A stretch of 64,000 nucleotides of DNA from contig OY740795.1 of NCBI GenBank assembly GCA_963514005.1, forward strand, positions 33,294,001 through 33,358,000, given 5' to 3'. This DNA is from Raja brachyura (taxonomy: Eukaryota). The stretch's first letter is position 1. Every line of letters begins with the position of its first letter. Under the pieces are notes generated by a model. That model did no database searches. It was not told where the DNA came from and saw only the letters and a list, made by a program, of their open reading frames with translations. A program made the position numbers and the translations under genes. Shown here piece by piece: positions 24,766 through 37,844 of the stretch.

Positions 24766-24894
24766 TTTTCCACCTTACAGGCAACTAACAAATAATACGA
24801 TGGAGCAAGATTTATTTTTACGGTGTTTCCCCAAGTTTGCTCAGTCACAAGGGTAATTTACATCCAACTGTAACAGACAAGGCAGACATGCAAT

Positions 24895-24945
24895 AAAAAG
24901 CGTTTCACTGTACCTCGGTACACGTGACAATAAACTAAACTAAAA
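24895..24945 (+). mobile_element. Rex1/L2-type 3' tail fragment
   Basis: tttcactgtacctcggtacacgtgacaataaactaaactaaa; reverse complement of the tail at 24180. Confidence 0.65.
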
Positions 24946-25150
24946 TTATTTAGAAACTTCATCAATGAAGAACAGACACCAATTTATTCTAACTATTCAG
25001 GAGTTTTTTGTCATTGATGCAACCTGAAAAAAAGGATTTACTGTCATTGTTGACGTTCAAATTAATTAACTCACCACAACAGGATAAACACGAGAAACAG
25101 AAAATATGCACACAATAGACATTATCAGATAGCTATCATAAAGCTACTTG

Positions 25151-25298
25151 TTAAAGAAGGAACTGCAGATGCTGGAAAATCGAGGGTACACAAAATGCTG
25201 GAGAAACTCAGCGGGTGCAGCAGCATTTATGGAGCAAAGGAGATAGGCAACGTTTCGGGCCGAAACCCTTCTTCAGACTGATGGGGGGTGGGGGGAGG

Positions 25299-25330
<32 letters not shown>

Positions 25331-26111
25331 GGGGGGGAAGAAAGGAAAAAGTTGCAAAGGGAGCGGTCTTTACAGAAGGCAGACAGGGGGGGAGATGGGA
25401 AGATGTGGCGAATGGTGGGGTCACATTGGATGTGGCAAAACTGGCGGAGGACTATGTGTTGTATGTGCTGGCTGGTGGGGTGAAAGGTCCCTCCGCAACT
25501 CCCTTGTCAATTCTTCCCTTCCCTCCCGCTCCACCCCTTCCTCAGGCACTTTCCCTTGCAACCACAAGAGATGCTACACTTGTCGCTTTACCTCCCTGCT
25601 CCACTCAAGGACCCAAGCAGTCGTTCCAAGTCCGACAGAGGTTCACCTGCACCTCTTCCAACCTCATCTATTGCATCCGCTGCTCTAGATGTCAACTGAT
25701 TCTATATCGGTGAGACCAAGCGGAGACTTGGCGATCGTTTTGCCGCACACCTCCGCTCGGTCCGCAATAACCAACCTGACCTCCTGGTAGCTCAGCACTT
25801 CAACTCCCCCTCCCATTCCGTATCCGACCTCTCTGACCTGGACCTCCTCCACGGCCAGAGTGAACAACACCGCAAATTGGAGGAACAGCACCTCATATTC
25901 CACTTGGGGAGTCTGCATCCTCTTGGCATGAACATCGAATTCTCTCAATTCTGTTAACCCTTGCTGTCTCCTCCCCTTCCTACCTCTCCCTCAGCCCCGT
26001 CCTCCTTTTTCCTTTCTTCCCCCCGCCTCCCCCCCATACCCCATCAGTCTGAAGAAGGGCTTCAGCCTGAAACATTGCCCACCTCCTTCGCTCCATAGAT
26101 GCTGCTGAGTT
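25151..26111 (+). mobile_element. 5'-truncated Penelope-like element with GIY-YIG endonuclease remnant, inverted pLTR and 15-bp TSD
   Basis: Frameshifted GTFPC..KRCYTC / FTCTSSNLIYCIRCSRCQL.LYIGETKRRLGDRF..HLRSV...VAQHFNS...EEQHLIF.LGSLHP.GMNIEFS. Inverted terminal copies at 25155-25290 and 26030-26110. TSD tcataaagctacttg at 25136-25150 and 26112-26126. Confidence 0.92.
25249..25276 (-). ncRNA. Minimal hammerhead-ribozyme-like motif in inverted pLTR
   Basis: Minus strand CTGAAGA-A-GGGTTTCGGCCC-GAAA-CGTT. Confidence 0.55.
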
Positions 26112-27084
26112 TCATAAAGCTACTTGCAAGCTTTGAAGATAAATAGCTCTCATTCCATAACCACTTTATAAATTTATCAACTACGCTATTAATCAGTCTT
26201 GTGGGCAGTTTAGTAAAACCCAGTTATTTGCTTAGCAATTATTTTGATTTACACCTTGACAACAGAAAGTGCAGTCAAAGAATAACCTATAGTGCAGTGT
26301 CCATCCGAAGTGTCACTGAAGCGGAGCAAATAGCATTGCTCAGTGTGCATGCACTTGTGTTTGTGAATACAGAACAGCAAAGCCGCAGGAGAAAACATCA
26401 AGGGACTTGCACAACTCCTTTGCTATATTTTCACCATTATCATTCTAATGGAGGTCCCAGGAGAGTAATGCCCATGAGCTAGCTCCTGGCATTTATCCCT
26501 GATAAATCTGGCTCCCTTATCACAGCAACAAACTCACAGGCCCACAATTTTATTTTTTTTTTTAAATCAGGGCCTACAAATCTGCTGCTGGGATAAGAGC
26601 CACACTCAGCAGGCAGGATGGAGTTGACGCACAAACCATGCTTCCAAAAGTCACGTTACAATAATAACGCTGATCCACAGCAACACCTTTACTTTGAACC
26701 CTTATTAATCCACTCTTTCTAAAACTGGATTGGAGAAGACAACTTTAAACTGCTGCAATTGTATATATGGGACCCAAATTCACAAATAGCGAAACACAAG
26801 AGAAGAATTAATCTGCAACACTTCGAGAGGAAGAGCAACAGCCAACATAACTCTCTGCACTTTAGCGGCATCCATTTCATATCATTAAAAGGCAACCTGT
26901 GTTCTACCAACTTTTGAGCTCTTTCTCAGAGGTTTCTCAAATGATTCACACCATAAGATTTTCAGCAAGACAAAAAACTAGAGGGAACAACAGCTATAAC
27001 AAAAAGATAATGAGCAGCGGACTTTTTTGAAAAACTCATTATTTTCTGCTATGTCAAGAGTCAAGAAGCAGGTCTTGTTGACGT

Positions 27085-27799
27085 TGAAGAAAGACAAATT
27101 ACTGGTGTAACTCAGCAGGTCATAAAACATAGACATAGATAGAATGAAGAACATAGATAGATGATGTTTCGGGTTGGGACCCATCTTCCAATTGATTGCA
27201 GGGAGGGGGTAGGAAAGAAAGCTGGAAGAGAGGAAGGGCAGTAATAGTGAACACAGGTGAAGGGGTGGGGGGGTTGATAGGTAGATTGCTCATCAAAAGA
27301 TCAGAGATGAAGAGACAGGTGTGAGCCCAAAAGGATAAAGCGATGCAAATTGTGATGGTGGAGGAGAACAAGGTTGTGAATGGTGGAAGGAATGTGGATG
27401 GAAGAGGAGGGCGAGGGGAAAACCTGTGCAAAGGCAGCAGGGTTCAGGGAAGGGGACCGGCGTTTTCTGGATTAGTTACCTAAAATTGGAGAATTCAACG
27501 TTCATACTGTTGAGTTGCAAGCTGCCAAAGCAGAATATGAGGTGCTGTTCCTCCAGTTTGCAAGTGGCCATACTCTAGCATTGGAGGAGGCCCAGCACAG
27601 AAAGGTTATTATGTGGACGGGAAGGAGTGTTACATAGTTAGCAACCGGGACATCTGGTAGACCTTGATGGGCCAAGCACATGTGTCCAGCAAGGCAGACA
27701 CCGAGTCTACGCTTGGACTCACCGGTGTACAGGAGGCCACCTTGAGAACACAAGATGAGATTAGAGCTGGTGGGCGTTTTATGTCATTCTCTGCCTTTT
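27085..27799 (-). mobile_element. Older Penelope-like element fragment (GIY-YIG remnant)
   Basis: ORF 27502-27753(-) CSQGGLLYTGESKRRLG...DVPVANY. pLTR remnant at 27090-27200. Possible 10-bp TSD ttgttgacgt (27075-27084, 27800-27809). Confidence 0.85.
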
Positions 27800-30023
27800 T
27801 TGTTGACGTGCTTTAGTTTAGGGATCATACACTATGGCACAGGATTTGCATAGTGCCATGGCAGCAGTACTTGCGGTTAGCATCCGAGAATTCGTGAAAA
27901 TGAATTCCCTCTTCTCAGCGTTGATGACCATGAGCCGCCAGTTTAACAATGTATTTGGTGCCCACTAACGGTGATGACATTACAGCAGCTTTGCAGCCAT
28001 TCACAAATCAGTATTCTTACAATCATACAAGGAAGCAGGATGGATTGTGTAAATATTTTGTTCAAAACACAAGCTAGATTAAAATATAAAGTGATTAAGT
28101 TAAAATATTACAAATGGAACTCCACAAATACATTTTAAAAGCCAACGAACACAAACAAAATGTGCTTCCAAATTTACAAAATTAGTTTTTAGGGCCAGAG
28201 GTGGTGGCCTTACACCATTAGAAATTTAAATACACCTCCAGTAGCAAGGCACAACATTTTGCATTGGTATTTTATTGCAATAAAAATAGATTCCAGATTC
28301 TCGCAATGGGAGTCTGATGGGTATTACTAGTTTTCAAAACTTTGCTGAAGCTTCAAATTAGTGCATCTTACAGGACCAGGAAAAATTGCTGACGGCATCG
28401 CCGGATTTCCCTGTGCAACATATTCATCCTCCAAAGTTAGTCATTTACACAGTATAATGAGGGTGAATGCTGACGGAAAACTCAGGCCATGAATGCATCA
28501 CTGATCCCAAGGTACACTTCAACAGTAATAGGCCCACTTCACATGGCTCATTCAACATCACTTTAATTTTTGTTAAGTGCTATTTTGTTAAACAAACATC
28601 AAGTTCCAAATGATCCCACGGAAGCAAAGAAAATGTATCTGACCACTACTTACAACAATGTGTGCTGGAGATGGGGACCTAGCATCCTTGAGTCCTTGTC
28701 TACCCTGTAGGCTCCCTGCCTGTACATCAATCAATGGCCATTTCATCTGCAGGTACTGGAGATGGGAAACAGAACAAAGGGAAATGATTAAAATAAAATA
28801 AAACAAAAATCTATAAATACAAATGAACATAAACATAAAATGAAAAAATATAATGATGACCTGTCATAAACAAACCATTTGCTGTGATGGAGAATAATGT
28901 CCTTAACATTGATTTGTACAATTGTTTTACCTTTGGCATAATTTTTAAATTAAACATTTTCAGAGTACATTCACACAGTGCAACATCAAACATGAGCTAG
29001 ATTGTGAATGTATGTTTACTTTCAAATTGTCACCATGGTCTGCCTTTCAATATTCCCATTGTTTCAAATCAGAGTTAAACAATTTCTCTCATTCCCAATC
29101 CACCATCAATTCAACTGCATCCGCAACTCTATAAATTGGTGACTTAACCAAAATATGCTTACTTTCAAACAAAAGATAATATTCTGTTAAGAACAGGATG
29201 GGAGATAACAAGCAAAAATAAATATCATGGAACTCTGCAGGTGGTTTGGATGGATAGAAAATTGGATAAATTCTTAAATTAATAGACGACTGAAGACATT
29301 GAAGTTCTGGCTAATTGCATTTAACAGTTCGACGTGCTGCTACTTAAAAATACAGAATTGAACTCCACCACAACTTTTGTTATCAATACTAGGACAGACA
29401 GTGGTGCCAAATATCAACAGATTAAATCAGCTGATTAAGATATGTCAATATTCCAACTCAGAAATTATTAATGTAAAAAAAAAGTGAAAATAACAGGCGG
29501 TAAATTTTACAAATAATGAAGACACTGACATCTTGCCCTTTAGAAACTCATATAGTGACAGAATATTCTAATAATTCAATTTCAGACTAAACTGTCCACT
29601 GGCCTACAATAGTCACAATTACAGGTATTAATTGACAACAAATCTTTATTTTCTGAATCTTCGCATTGCTGCTTGAGATTTGAAAGATTTTGCATGTGGC
29701 CACACCCCATTACTTCAAATATCCTGCCCTGTCAAGGAGCAAAGATTTAATTGTCATCTCCATCTCTAAGCAGCCAATTGCAAGTGTTCTAGGAATATTT
29801 TTGTGGAAGAAATGTAAGCGCATTATTTAAACAGCAATGAGCAGCAGAAATATATTTCTCGGACATTGTGGCTATCAGTGAAGTGGCTCACCACAGTTCT
29901 CAAATGTCCCACAAAGACTTGATTTCCTTTATTCCAATTTTAAATTCAATCAGGAACCTCTGCCATCCAGAAAGAGTGAAGACAAAGCAAGTCAAGCAGC
30001 CAAAGACAGCAAACAAAGTACAG

Positions 30024-30328
30024 ACAGTGGCACAGCGGTAGAGTTGCTGCCTCACAGCGCTTGTAGCGCCGGAGACCCGGGACCGATCCCTGTTACGATT
30101 GCTGTCTGCACGGAGTTTGTACGTTCACCCCGTGACCGCATGGGTTTTCTCCAAGATCTTTGGATTCCTCGCACACTCCAAAGATGTACAGGTTTGTAGG
30201 TTAATTGGCTTGGTATAAATGTAAAAATTGTCCCTAGTATATGATAGTATTATTGTGCAGGGGATTACTGATCGGTGAGGACTCGGTATGACGGAAGGCC
30301 TGTTTCCGCGCTGTATCTCTAAACTAAA
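30024..30328 (+). mobile_element. HE1-type SINE
   Basis: gtggcacagcggtagagttgctgcc...ggagtttgtacgttc...gaaggcctgtttccgcgctgtatctctaaactaaa. Confidence 0.9.
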
Positions 30329-31702
30329 GGTAATCATTAATTTTCACAGAGAGCAAATTAAAGACGCTACAAAGGTTTTCATTGCGGTAAACGTTAAAGG
30401 TAGCCAAAATAAAAAAACTTGAAATAAATTAAAAATCACTGGGATGATATCAATTTAAATGGTGAAAAAAAACTATGCTTGTAAAATGAGCTTTAAAATT
30501 AGGTTGATCAGCAGTGATGATGACTGCATGGACCTAAAAAAACAAAAAAAAAACAGGGGCACCTTGGTCAACGCCCAACACTTTTTACACCAAGAGCGAG
30601 TAAAATATTGAAGGTCTCATTAAAATCTGTTCCCGTGTGGATTCCATCTGCAGAGGCAGGCAACAACTTACTGTGGACAAGCAGGGCTCATGGACAACAA
30701 TCTCTTTACTAGTGATCCTAGTGCCTATGTTCAGGCAAGACGAATGCTTTCAATTTTAATGCAAATAACGATAAGGTGCCAAGTTTCACCAATATTACAT
30801 TAACCAAATTTCAACTCATTCGCTCAATTGTGACAAATTGATTATAAGGAGTCCACATTCCATTTCAGAACTTTTTTTAAAAATACACATATTGTGTCAT
30901 TCTTTCTTTATAAATTATTCACCACATCTGAGCTGTGATCTTAGTCACCAAAAGGTACTCTTGAACTTTTTAACACGTCGATAAGAAAAATGTCATATTG
31001 TTGCTGAGTGGCCCGATAATAACGAATAACAGAACAGTATCTAAAATAGCCTTGTCACTACTGCAAAACTGTTTCAATTTTGAACAGTTGCAATTAAGTT
31101 TCAATCCTTGAAAGTTCGCTATTTATGAATGCTCACACAAGTGCATACTCGCATAGAATTCTAGCAATTGATTGTGTGGTCTTTTACAATCTCGGTTGAT
31201 ACGGTTAAAGAGGAAGTCGTATCAGAATCAGTTTTCTTTTTTTAAGTTGCAAAGATTTCAGATACAAAAAATTATGTGTCTTTTTACTTTGTTACAGTCA
31301 ATATATTCAAGAATGGTGGACATTTTAGTGGAGTGCTTTTGAAATAAGGAGCGTCATGGAGAAGAACAAGCAAGCCCATCGATAAAGATGTTAGCCTCTA
31401 ATAATGGGTTATCCCAGTTGCTTTCCCCCCCAATAATATAATATGCTTTGTTGGGGTTTCCATTTCTAAGCTTGCTGCTTCGAGGCAATTTTGAGGCACA
31501 CTACAGATGGATTCAAGAGAAAGGTAGAGAGGAAAGGATAGAAAGTTACCTCAGCAATGTTAGCAGAGGGAGCTACGAAAACATAGCATGGACCTCAAGG
31601 ACAATCTCTGCAATGTAAATACTACGTTGATACATTTTTATTTATTTTTATTGAGTATCACAAGAAATATTATTTGCCTTTTGTCTCTTACACAACCTAA
31701 AT

Positions 31703-32338
31703 ACATAGACAATAGGTGCAGGAGTAGGCCATTCAACCCTTCGAGCCAGCACCGCCATGCAATGTGATCATGGCTGATCATCCACAATCAGTACCCCGTT
31801 CCTGCCTTTTCCCCATACACCTTGATTCCGCTAGCCCTAGGAGCTCTACCTAACTCTCTTTTGAATGCGTCCAGTGAATCAGGCTCCACTACCTACCGAG
31901 GCAGATAATTCACAACTCTGTGTGAACAAGTGTTTCCTCATCTCAGTTCTAAATGGCCTACCCCTAATTCCTAAACGGTATCCCCTGGTTCTGGACTCCA
32001 CAACATCGGGAACATGTTTCCTGCATCTAGCGTGTCCAATCCCTTAATAATTTTATGTTTCTATAAGATCCCCTTTCATCCTTCTAAATTCCAGTGATTA
32101 CAAGCTCAGTCACTCCATTATTTCATCATATGACAGTCCCATCATCCTGGGAATTAACCTCATGAAACTACGCTGCACTCCCTCAATAGCAAGAATTCTT
32201 TCCTTAAATTAGGAGGCCAAAACTGCACACAATACTCCAGGTGTGGTCTCACCAGCAACCTGTACAACTGCAGAAGGACCTCTTTGCTTCTCCCTTTATG
32301 AAGGCCAACATGCCATTAGGTTTCATCACTGCCTGTTG
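31703..32338 (-). mobile_element. CR1 LINE 3' fragment
   Basis: Tail aggtgcaggagtaggccatt plus ORF2 remnant (reverse of LVRPHLEYCVQFW at about 32215-32255). Confidence 0.9.
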
Positions 32339-32371
32339 AACCTGGTATTAAATGGCATTATTTAATATACA

Positions 32372-32905
32372 ATGGTGCTGCCTCCAGTGACTCGGGTTCA
32401 ATCCCAACCTCTGGTGCTGTCAGTGTGGAGTTTGCACATTTCTCTTGCGACTGCCAAGGTTTCCTCCAGGTGCTCAGATTTTCTCTCGGTGAAGCTTGGT
32501 GGTAGGAGAATCAGAAGAGAGTTTAGATTAGAGATACAGCGGGGAAACAGGCCCTTTGGCACACGGAGTCCTCAACAACCAACGATCAGCCGTACACTAG
32601 TTCTATACTACACACTGGGGACAATTTACAGAAGCCAATAAAATTACAAACTTGCACATCTTTGGGATATGGGAGGAAACTAGAGCACACAGAGAAAACT
32701 CACGCAGTCACATGGAGAACGTACAAACAGCACCCATAGTCAGGTTTGAACCCAGGTCTCCAGCACATTAAGGCAGCAACTCTATGGCGACGCCACTGTG
32801 CCATGTGAGGGAACAGGCTGCTTGCAAATAAGTGTTGGTGTGGGATTGCTCCAAGTTGGCTTAAACTTGTTGGGCTGAATGGCCCCCTCCTTTATTGAAA
32901 GGAAT
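32372..32905 (+). mobile_element. Older V-SINE-like element interrupted by a younger HE1 SINE (-, 32521-32803)
   Basis: Head cgggttcaatccc...gtgtggagtttgcac. The CR1-like tail gggctgaatggcc resumes after the inverted HE1 copy. Confidence 0.65.
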
Positions 32906-33169
32906 ACAAAGAACTAGTTTCTCCCACTAACATTGACGTCCAAGGGTTGGTTCAAGAGAAACTATGATAAGGATCCCATGGATGATTCCCAAGTAATAAC
33001 ATTACCACAAGTCTGGCTTCCAAACTTCTCAACTACAACAAAGAGCACATGAACAAGGACATAGTCCATTTCTGAAATAGATCAAGGTCATTCAATTCCT
33101 CCTTAGTTCTTGCTTCACTTCCCTAAAACTAAATGCCAAGCTGAAGCATCAGTCAGGTTAGGAACTCGT
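32870..33169 (+). repeat. 300-bp direct repeat, copy 1 (source)
   Basis: Identical by eye to 34379-34678. Confidence 0.95.
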
Positions 33170-33831
33170 GGGATTTTACTCAACTTCAGAGTTGGAAATG
33201 ACCAACTGAGTCAAGCTATTAGATCTGCATTAGAATTGCCTCTTGAATATACAGAAACAAACATTGTATAGTGTGTTCAGTATTTAATCAATTTGGATGC
33301 ATTTTAAATATGACTATGCCCATCATCTCTGATTGCATTTTTGCTTTAAGTACTCTGAACTTTATTAGGGTTTCTACTTTGTATCCAACTTTTCCTTTTA
33401 ACGCTTCAATGGAATTATCTATTAAAATAAGTTTAGGTTAAAGAAATAATCCCGACCTTTACATCACAGAGCATTTTCCACAACTAAAATTTGAATGCAA
33501 TACTATTCCTTGTAATACAGCACTCAATTTCAAAGTATCCATTGTGATACTCAGTTTCCAAGGCCGTGATGTCATCTTCATTCATTATATTTTAACTTCA
33601 AGGAAAAATCTCACTACAATCAAAAAGTTCCAAACTTGGCTGCATAAACGTAAGCAGAACTCTCGTGTTCATCAAGTGAGTTTACAGTTTTTGGTCCCAT
33701 CACCTTGCCAATTAGTAGATAGTTGTGCTTTGGATACTATTCTTGATAACTTGAGAGGTCCACACACAATGACTACAATTTTGACCCTAACCCATTGATT
33801 TAAAATCCAAATCATACAAATGAAAAGACAA

Positions 33832-34207
33832 TGGCACAGCTGGTAGAACCAGTGTCTCACAGCGCCGCCAAAGACCCAGGTTCGATCCTGATCTCGGGCA
33901 TGTCTGTGTGGAGTTTGCACGTTCTCCCCGTTTTCAGATCTGCTGACCTGCCCTTTTTCGGGAGTTTAACTTCATTACTCCCCCGTCTCCTGTGGGTTTC
34001 CTCTGGGTGTTTCAATTTCCTCCCACATCCCAAAGGCAAGCAAGGTTATAGGTTCATTGGCCTCAGCAAGTTGCCCCCTAGTGTGCAGGAAGTGCATGCA
34101 AAAGCAGGATAACATAGAACTAGTGTGAACGGGTGATCGATGATCAGCGTATAGTCAGTGGGTCGAAGGGTCCGTTATCATGCTGTATCTCTAAACTAAA
34201 CTAAACT
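33832..34207 (+). mobile_element. HE1-type SINE with an internal insertion of about 55 bp
   Basis: Head tggcacagctggtaga...ggttcgatcc; tail (taaac)n; extra sequence at about 33932-33986. Confidence 0.85.
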
Positions 34208-34378
34208 GATCTATATATCAAAAAGCAACTAAAGTGAGCAAAAATCAAGGTGGTTCAGCTCCAGTTTAAGACCCCACATTATATTTTAAGCCTGGGGTCA
34301 TTGTCAATAAAACTATGAACAGTATCAAGCAAGTGAATCTGGGATAGGAAGCTAAATGAGTTGGTGTTCATGTATTTC

Positions 34379-34678
34379 TTGGGCTGAATGGCCCCCTCCT
34401 TTATTGAAAGGAATACAAAGAACTAGTTTCTCCCACTAACATTGACGTCCAAGGGTTGGTTCAAGAGAAACTATGATAAGGATCCCATGGATGATTCCCA
34501 AGTAATAACATTACCACAAGTCTGGCTTCCAAACTTCTCAACTACAACAAAGAGCACATGAACAAGGACATAGTCCATTTCTGAAATAGATCAAGGTCAT
34601 TCAATTCCTCCTTAGTTCTTGCTTCACTTCCCTAAAACTAAATGCCAAGCTGAAGCATCAGTCAGGTTAGGAACTCGT
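34379..34678 (+). repeat. 300-bp direct repeat, copy 2 (derived), flanked by gtatttctt
   Basis: gtatttctt at 34372-34380 and 34677-34685. Confidence 0.95.
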
Positions 34679-34884
34679 ATTTCTTTTTGAAGCAGCCTAC
34701 ACCAAACCAACTACAGACTTTGCCCACCACCACCCCCCCCCCCCCCCCCCCCCCAAAATGAAGTTTCAGTGTCTTCGCTCATTTTATCCCCATATTCTTG
34801 TTCCCAATTTTCAGACCTGTGCTCTCAAATCCTCCTGATAGTGGAGGAGCAAGAAAAAAAGGCAGAGATACAATCTGGAATGTC

Positions 34885-35395
34885 GGAAACAAGGAATTGC
34901 AGATGCTGGTTTACGAAAAAAAAACAATGTGTTGGAGTAACTCAGCTGGTCAGGCAGCATCTCTGAATAACATGGATAGGTGATGTTAAGTTGGGGTCCT
35001 TCCTCGGAATCTGAAGAAGGTGCCCCAACCCAGAGCGTCATCTGTGTGACATCCCAGAACACTATTATTGAGAATAATGGCACAGGTTCGTCAAGATGAA
35101 GTCATCTTGTGTGTGTGTGTAAGAAGGAACTGAATTACTCCAGCTTTTTGTGCCTATCTTCATTTTGGATGTGGTTGCTTTCCAACATGCTGATGAAAGG
35201 TTTTCTAACTTTTACCTTTGGTCATTTCTGGATTATCTCTTGCCTATTGTGCCTTGCAGTGTCCTGCCTCCTTGGCTGCCCAAGCCATTCCACAAATTAT
35301 CCACCAGGGACATAAAATGCTGGAATAACTCAGCAGATCTCTGGAGAACATGGATTGGTGACGCTTCAGGTCAGGACTCTTCTTCAGACTGATTC
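34885..35395. mobile_element. Cluster of Penelope-derived fold-back fragments
   Basis: Arms at about 34885-35045, 35115-35165 and 35305-35395 (gcagatgctggttt, gctggaataactcagc, tcttcagactg). Confidence 0.7.
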
Positions 35396-35670
35396 CACCA
35401 GGGTGCCCCACCCAAGGGCTCCACCTCACCCAAAGATGTGGTTCAAGTAAATAAATTGGCACTTTATCCAACCATTCTGATTCCACCCATTTAAGCTTGA
35501 GCACACACAGGGAAGCATAAATCGGAAGATAAAAATGTAAAGAATCCAGATAAATGAATCAATGTTAAAATCCGGCATTTAAGTCATAAGACTTAAGTAT
35601 AAGAGTAAAGTTTCAATGTATTTAACAAATAAAAGAAAGCAGGACATCTCAGTGGGCTACAAGCCATTTA

Positions 35671-35923
35671 AGCTCCTGTCCCACTTTCCCGAGTTACTCA
35701 CAAATTCTGCCGAGTTTTCCCCTTGGTTCAAACTCGGAGAATCTCCGAAGCGAGTCCGTAGATATTTCGAAGCAGCTCGTAATGCCAGCCGTAGGAACTC
35801 GGGGCATCATGTAAGTCGGGGCATTTTTTAGCCCCTAGTACCTACGGCTGGCATCACCGAGTTTGAATCAAGGGGAAAACTCAGGAGAATTCGTGAGTAA
35901 CTCGGGAAAGTGGGACAGGGGCT
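35671..35923. mobile_element. PIF/Harbinger-like MITE (family C)
   Basis: TIR agctcctgtcccactttcccgagttactcacaaattct / agaattcgtgagtaactcgggaaagtgggacaggggct, extending about 65 bp. TTA on both flanks. Confidence 0.9.
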
Positions 35924-37611
35924 TTACTGAGATAAATGCTGGTGAGAGGTTTTAATTTCAGGAACATTCGTCCAAGTTATACTGTAGCTGTCAAAGAGTA
36001 ACGCACAAAAGGTTTCTTTGTTGCAGCATGTTTTTTTTAAAACTATGTAGCTGGGTCAATCTAACTATTGAATACAAAATTTTCTAGCCAAGTTACTTAT
36101 CAAGTGGATTTGCGCAGAGGAAACAGAGGGAAGATATGCCCTTAACCTGAAACACATCTGATTTACAATTTTGCATTTCAGTTAAATTGGTTGAAGAGTA
36201 AAACAAAAGCCAGAGCCAAAAGACTGCAGAAAAGGGCTTACAAAAGAATTAAACATGCAATTAACATTGTGCAAGTTTCAAACCTGCTGATCTGCTCTTT
36301 TTTGGGGGTTTAAGTTTATTACCAATGCAACTTATTTTTCTCTGCGCCTTTACCTGAACCACATAATGTTTTATGTGTCTGCATTTAAGTGCTGCTAGTC
36401 TGCACAACATGTAATTTTCAATTATGTTAAGGCATAACAAGATCATTTCTTGTAGTGCCTTGTGAGTGCGAGGAAATGAGACTCAGCCCTACTGCAGTGA
36501 GAGAAAACCAGAACCAGATGGGCACAAGCAGTCCTACAGAGTTACATAGTGGTAACCACCCCACAAACAATTCACTCACACAATGGAAACAGACGCCAGA
36601 TAATTGCTGAGGCCCCATGCTTTCTTCACATTGCACACAGCGTTAAATTCTAGACGAGGCACGTTGAAGAGGAAACACAGGTCAAGAGGTTTAATGACAA
36701 ATTGCTATAAGCAGAAATATTTCTACAGGATTTAAAACTAGTTTTCTTAATAGCACAGGTAGAGAAACTGGAATACAAGGTATCCATTATTTCTTAACTA
36801 TGCCTTTACTTATCCCCCAGTCAGCTTAACCATGTATAGAAAAATAAAAGTAATTTTCAAAACTACAAATCTACACAGAGTAAAATATCCATGGAATATT
36901 TTTAAGAATGCAAAAAGACCATTTATTTAAATCAAACGTTTTGATTTATGGCATTTCACTCGAGACCCAAACGAATCCATCATCCACTTAATTGGTATGC
37001 TTGAACCCAAAACTGCTGGCATCCAGGTCTCACAGCAGAGATCAAGATTCCCAGTTATTGATGGCATTTCACTATCTCCTAGTCAAACTCTTTTCAAAGT
37101 AATCCCATCATTCACTCTCAAAACTTACATTCCTCTTTCCAGTCTTTACCTTGCGATTACAAGGAGGCAGTAACGGTATAAGTACAGAAAAGAAAAAAAA
37201 TTCAACTTGGCAAAAAAAGCCAGAGATGACCCAAGTCAGATTGAACATCTCACAATCACTCGACTTGGCACACTTCTTCCTGATCTGCTGAATAGTTCCA
37301 AGATTTTCTACATTTATTATACACTCATGTATCTGTATCCAAACACACACGCACGCCTTGAAAGTAAGATCAGATTCAAGTGTGGATCTCTATATTAGAC
37401 AATCCCTTTTCTACTTTCCCAACATTAAATAGGGAAGCATTAAGGGAATTTTGGCCACTCTTCAAAAGTTGTAGCTTTCACATTAAGAAATGCATCAATA
37501 CCCACTTTTGTATCACTATATTGAAGAAAATGTGAACAATTAAAAGTATTAGAATTAATGGGTTTAAGAAGTATTAGAATATTAGTATTAGAAATATTAG
37601 AATTTATGGGT

Positions 37612-37844
37612 TTAAGAAAGAAGTGCAGATGCTGGAAAAATCGAAGGTAGACAAAAATGCTGGAGAAACTCAGCGGGTGACACAGCATCTATGGAGCAAA
37701 GTCTCCGCCGCTTCCTTTCTTCTTCCCGCCCCCCTCCCCACCCCCACATCAGTCTGAAGATGGATCTCGACCCGAAAAGTCACCTATTCCTTTGCTCGAT
37801 AGATGCTGCCTCACCCTCAGAGTTTCTCCAGCATTTTTGTCTAC
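37612..37844. mobile_element. Penelope-derived fold-back element with TSD
   Basis: gtagacaaaaatgctggagaaactc / gagtttctccagcatttttgtctac. TSD attagaatttat(g/c)ggt at 37596-37611 and 37845-37860. Confidence 0.9.
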
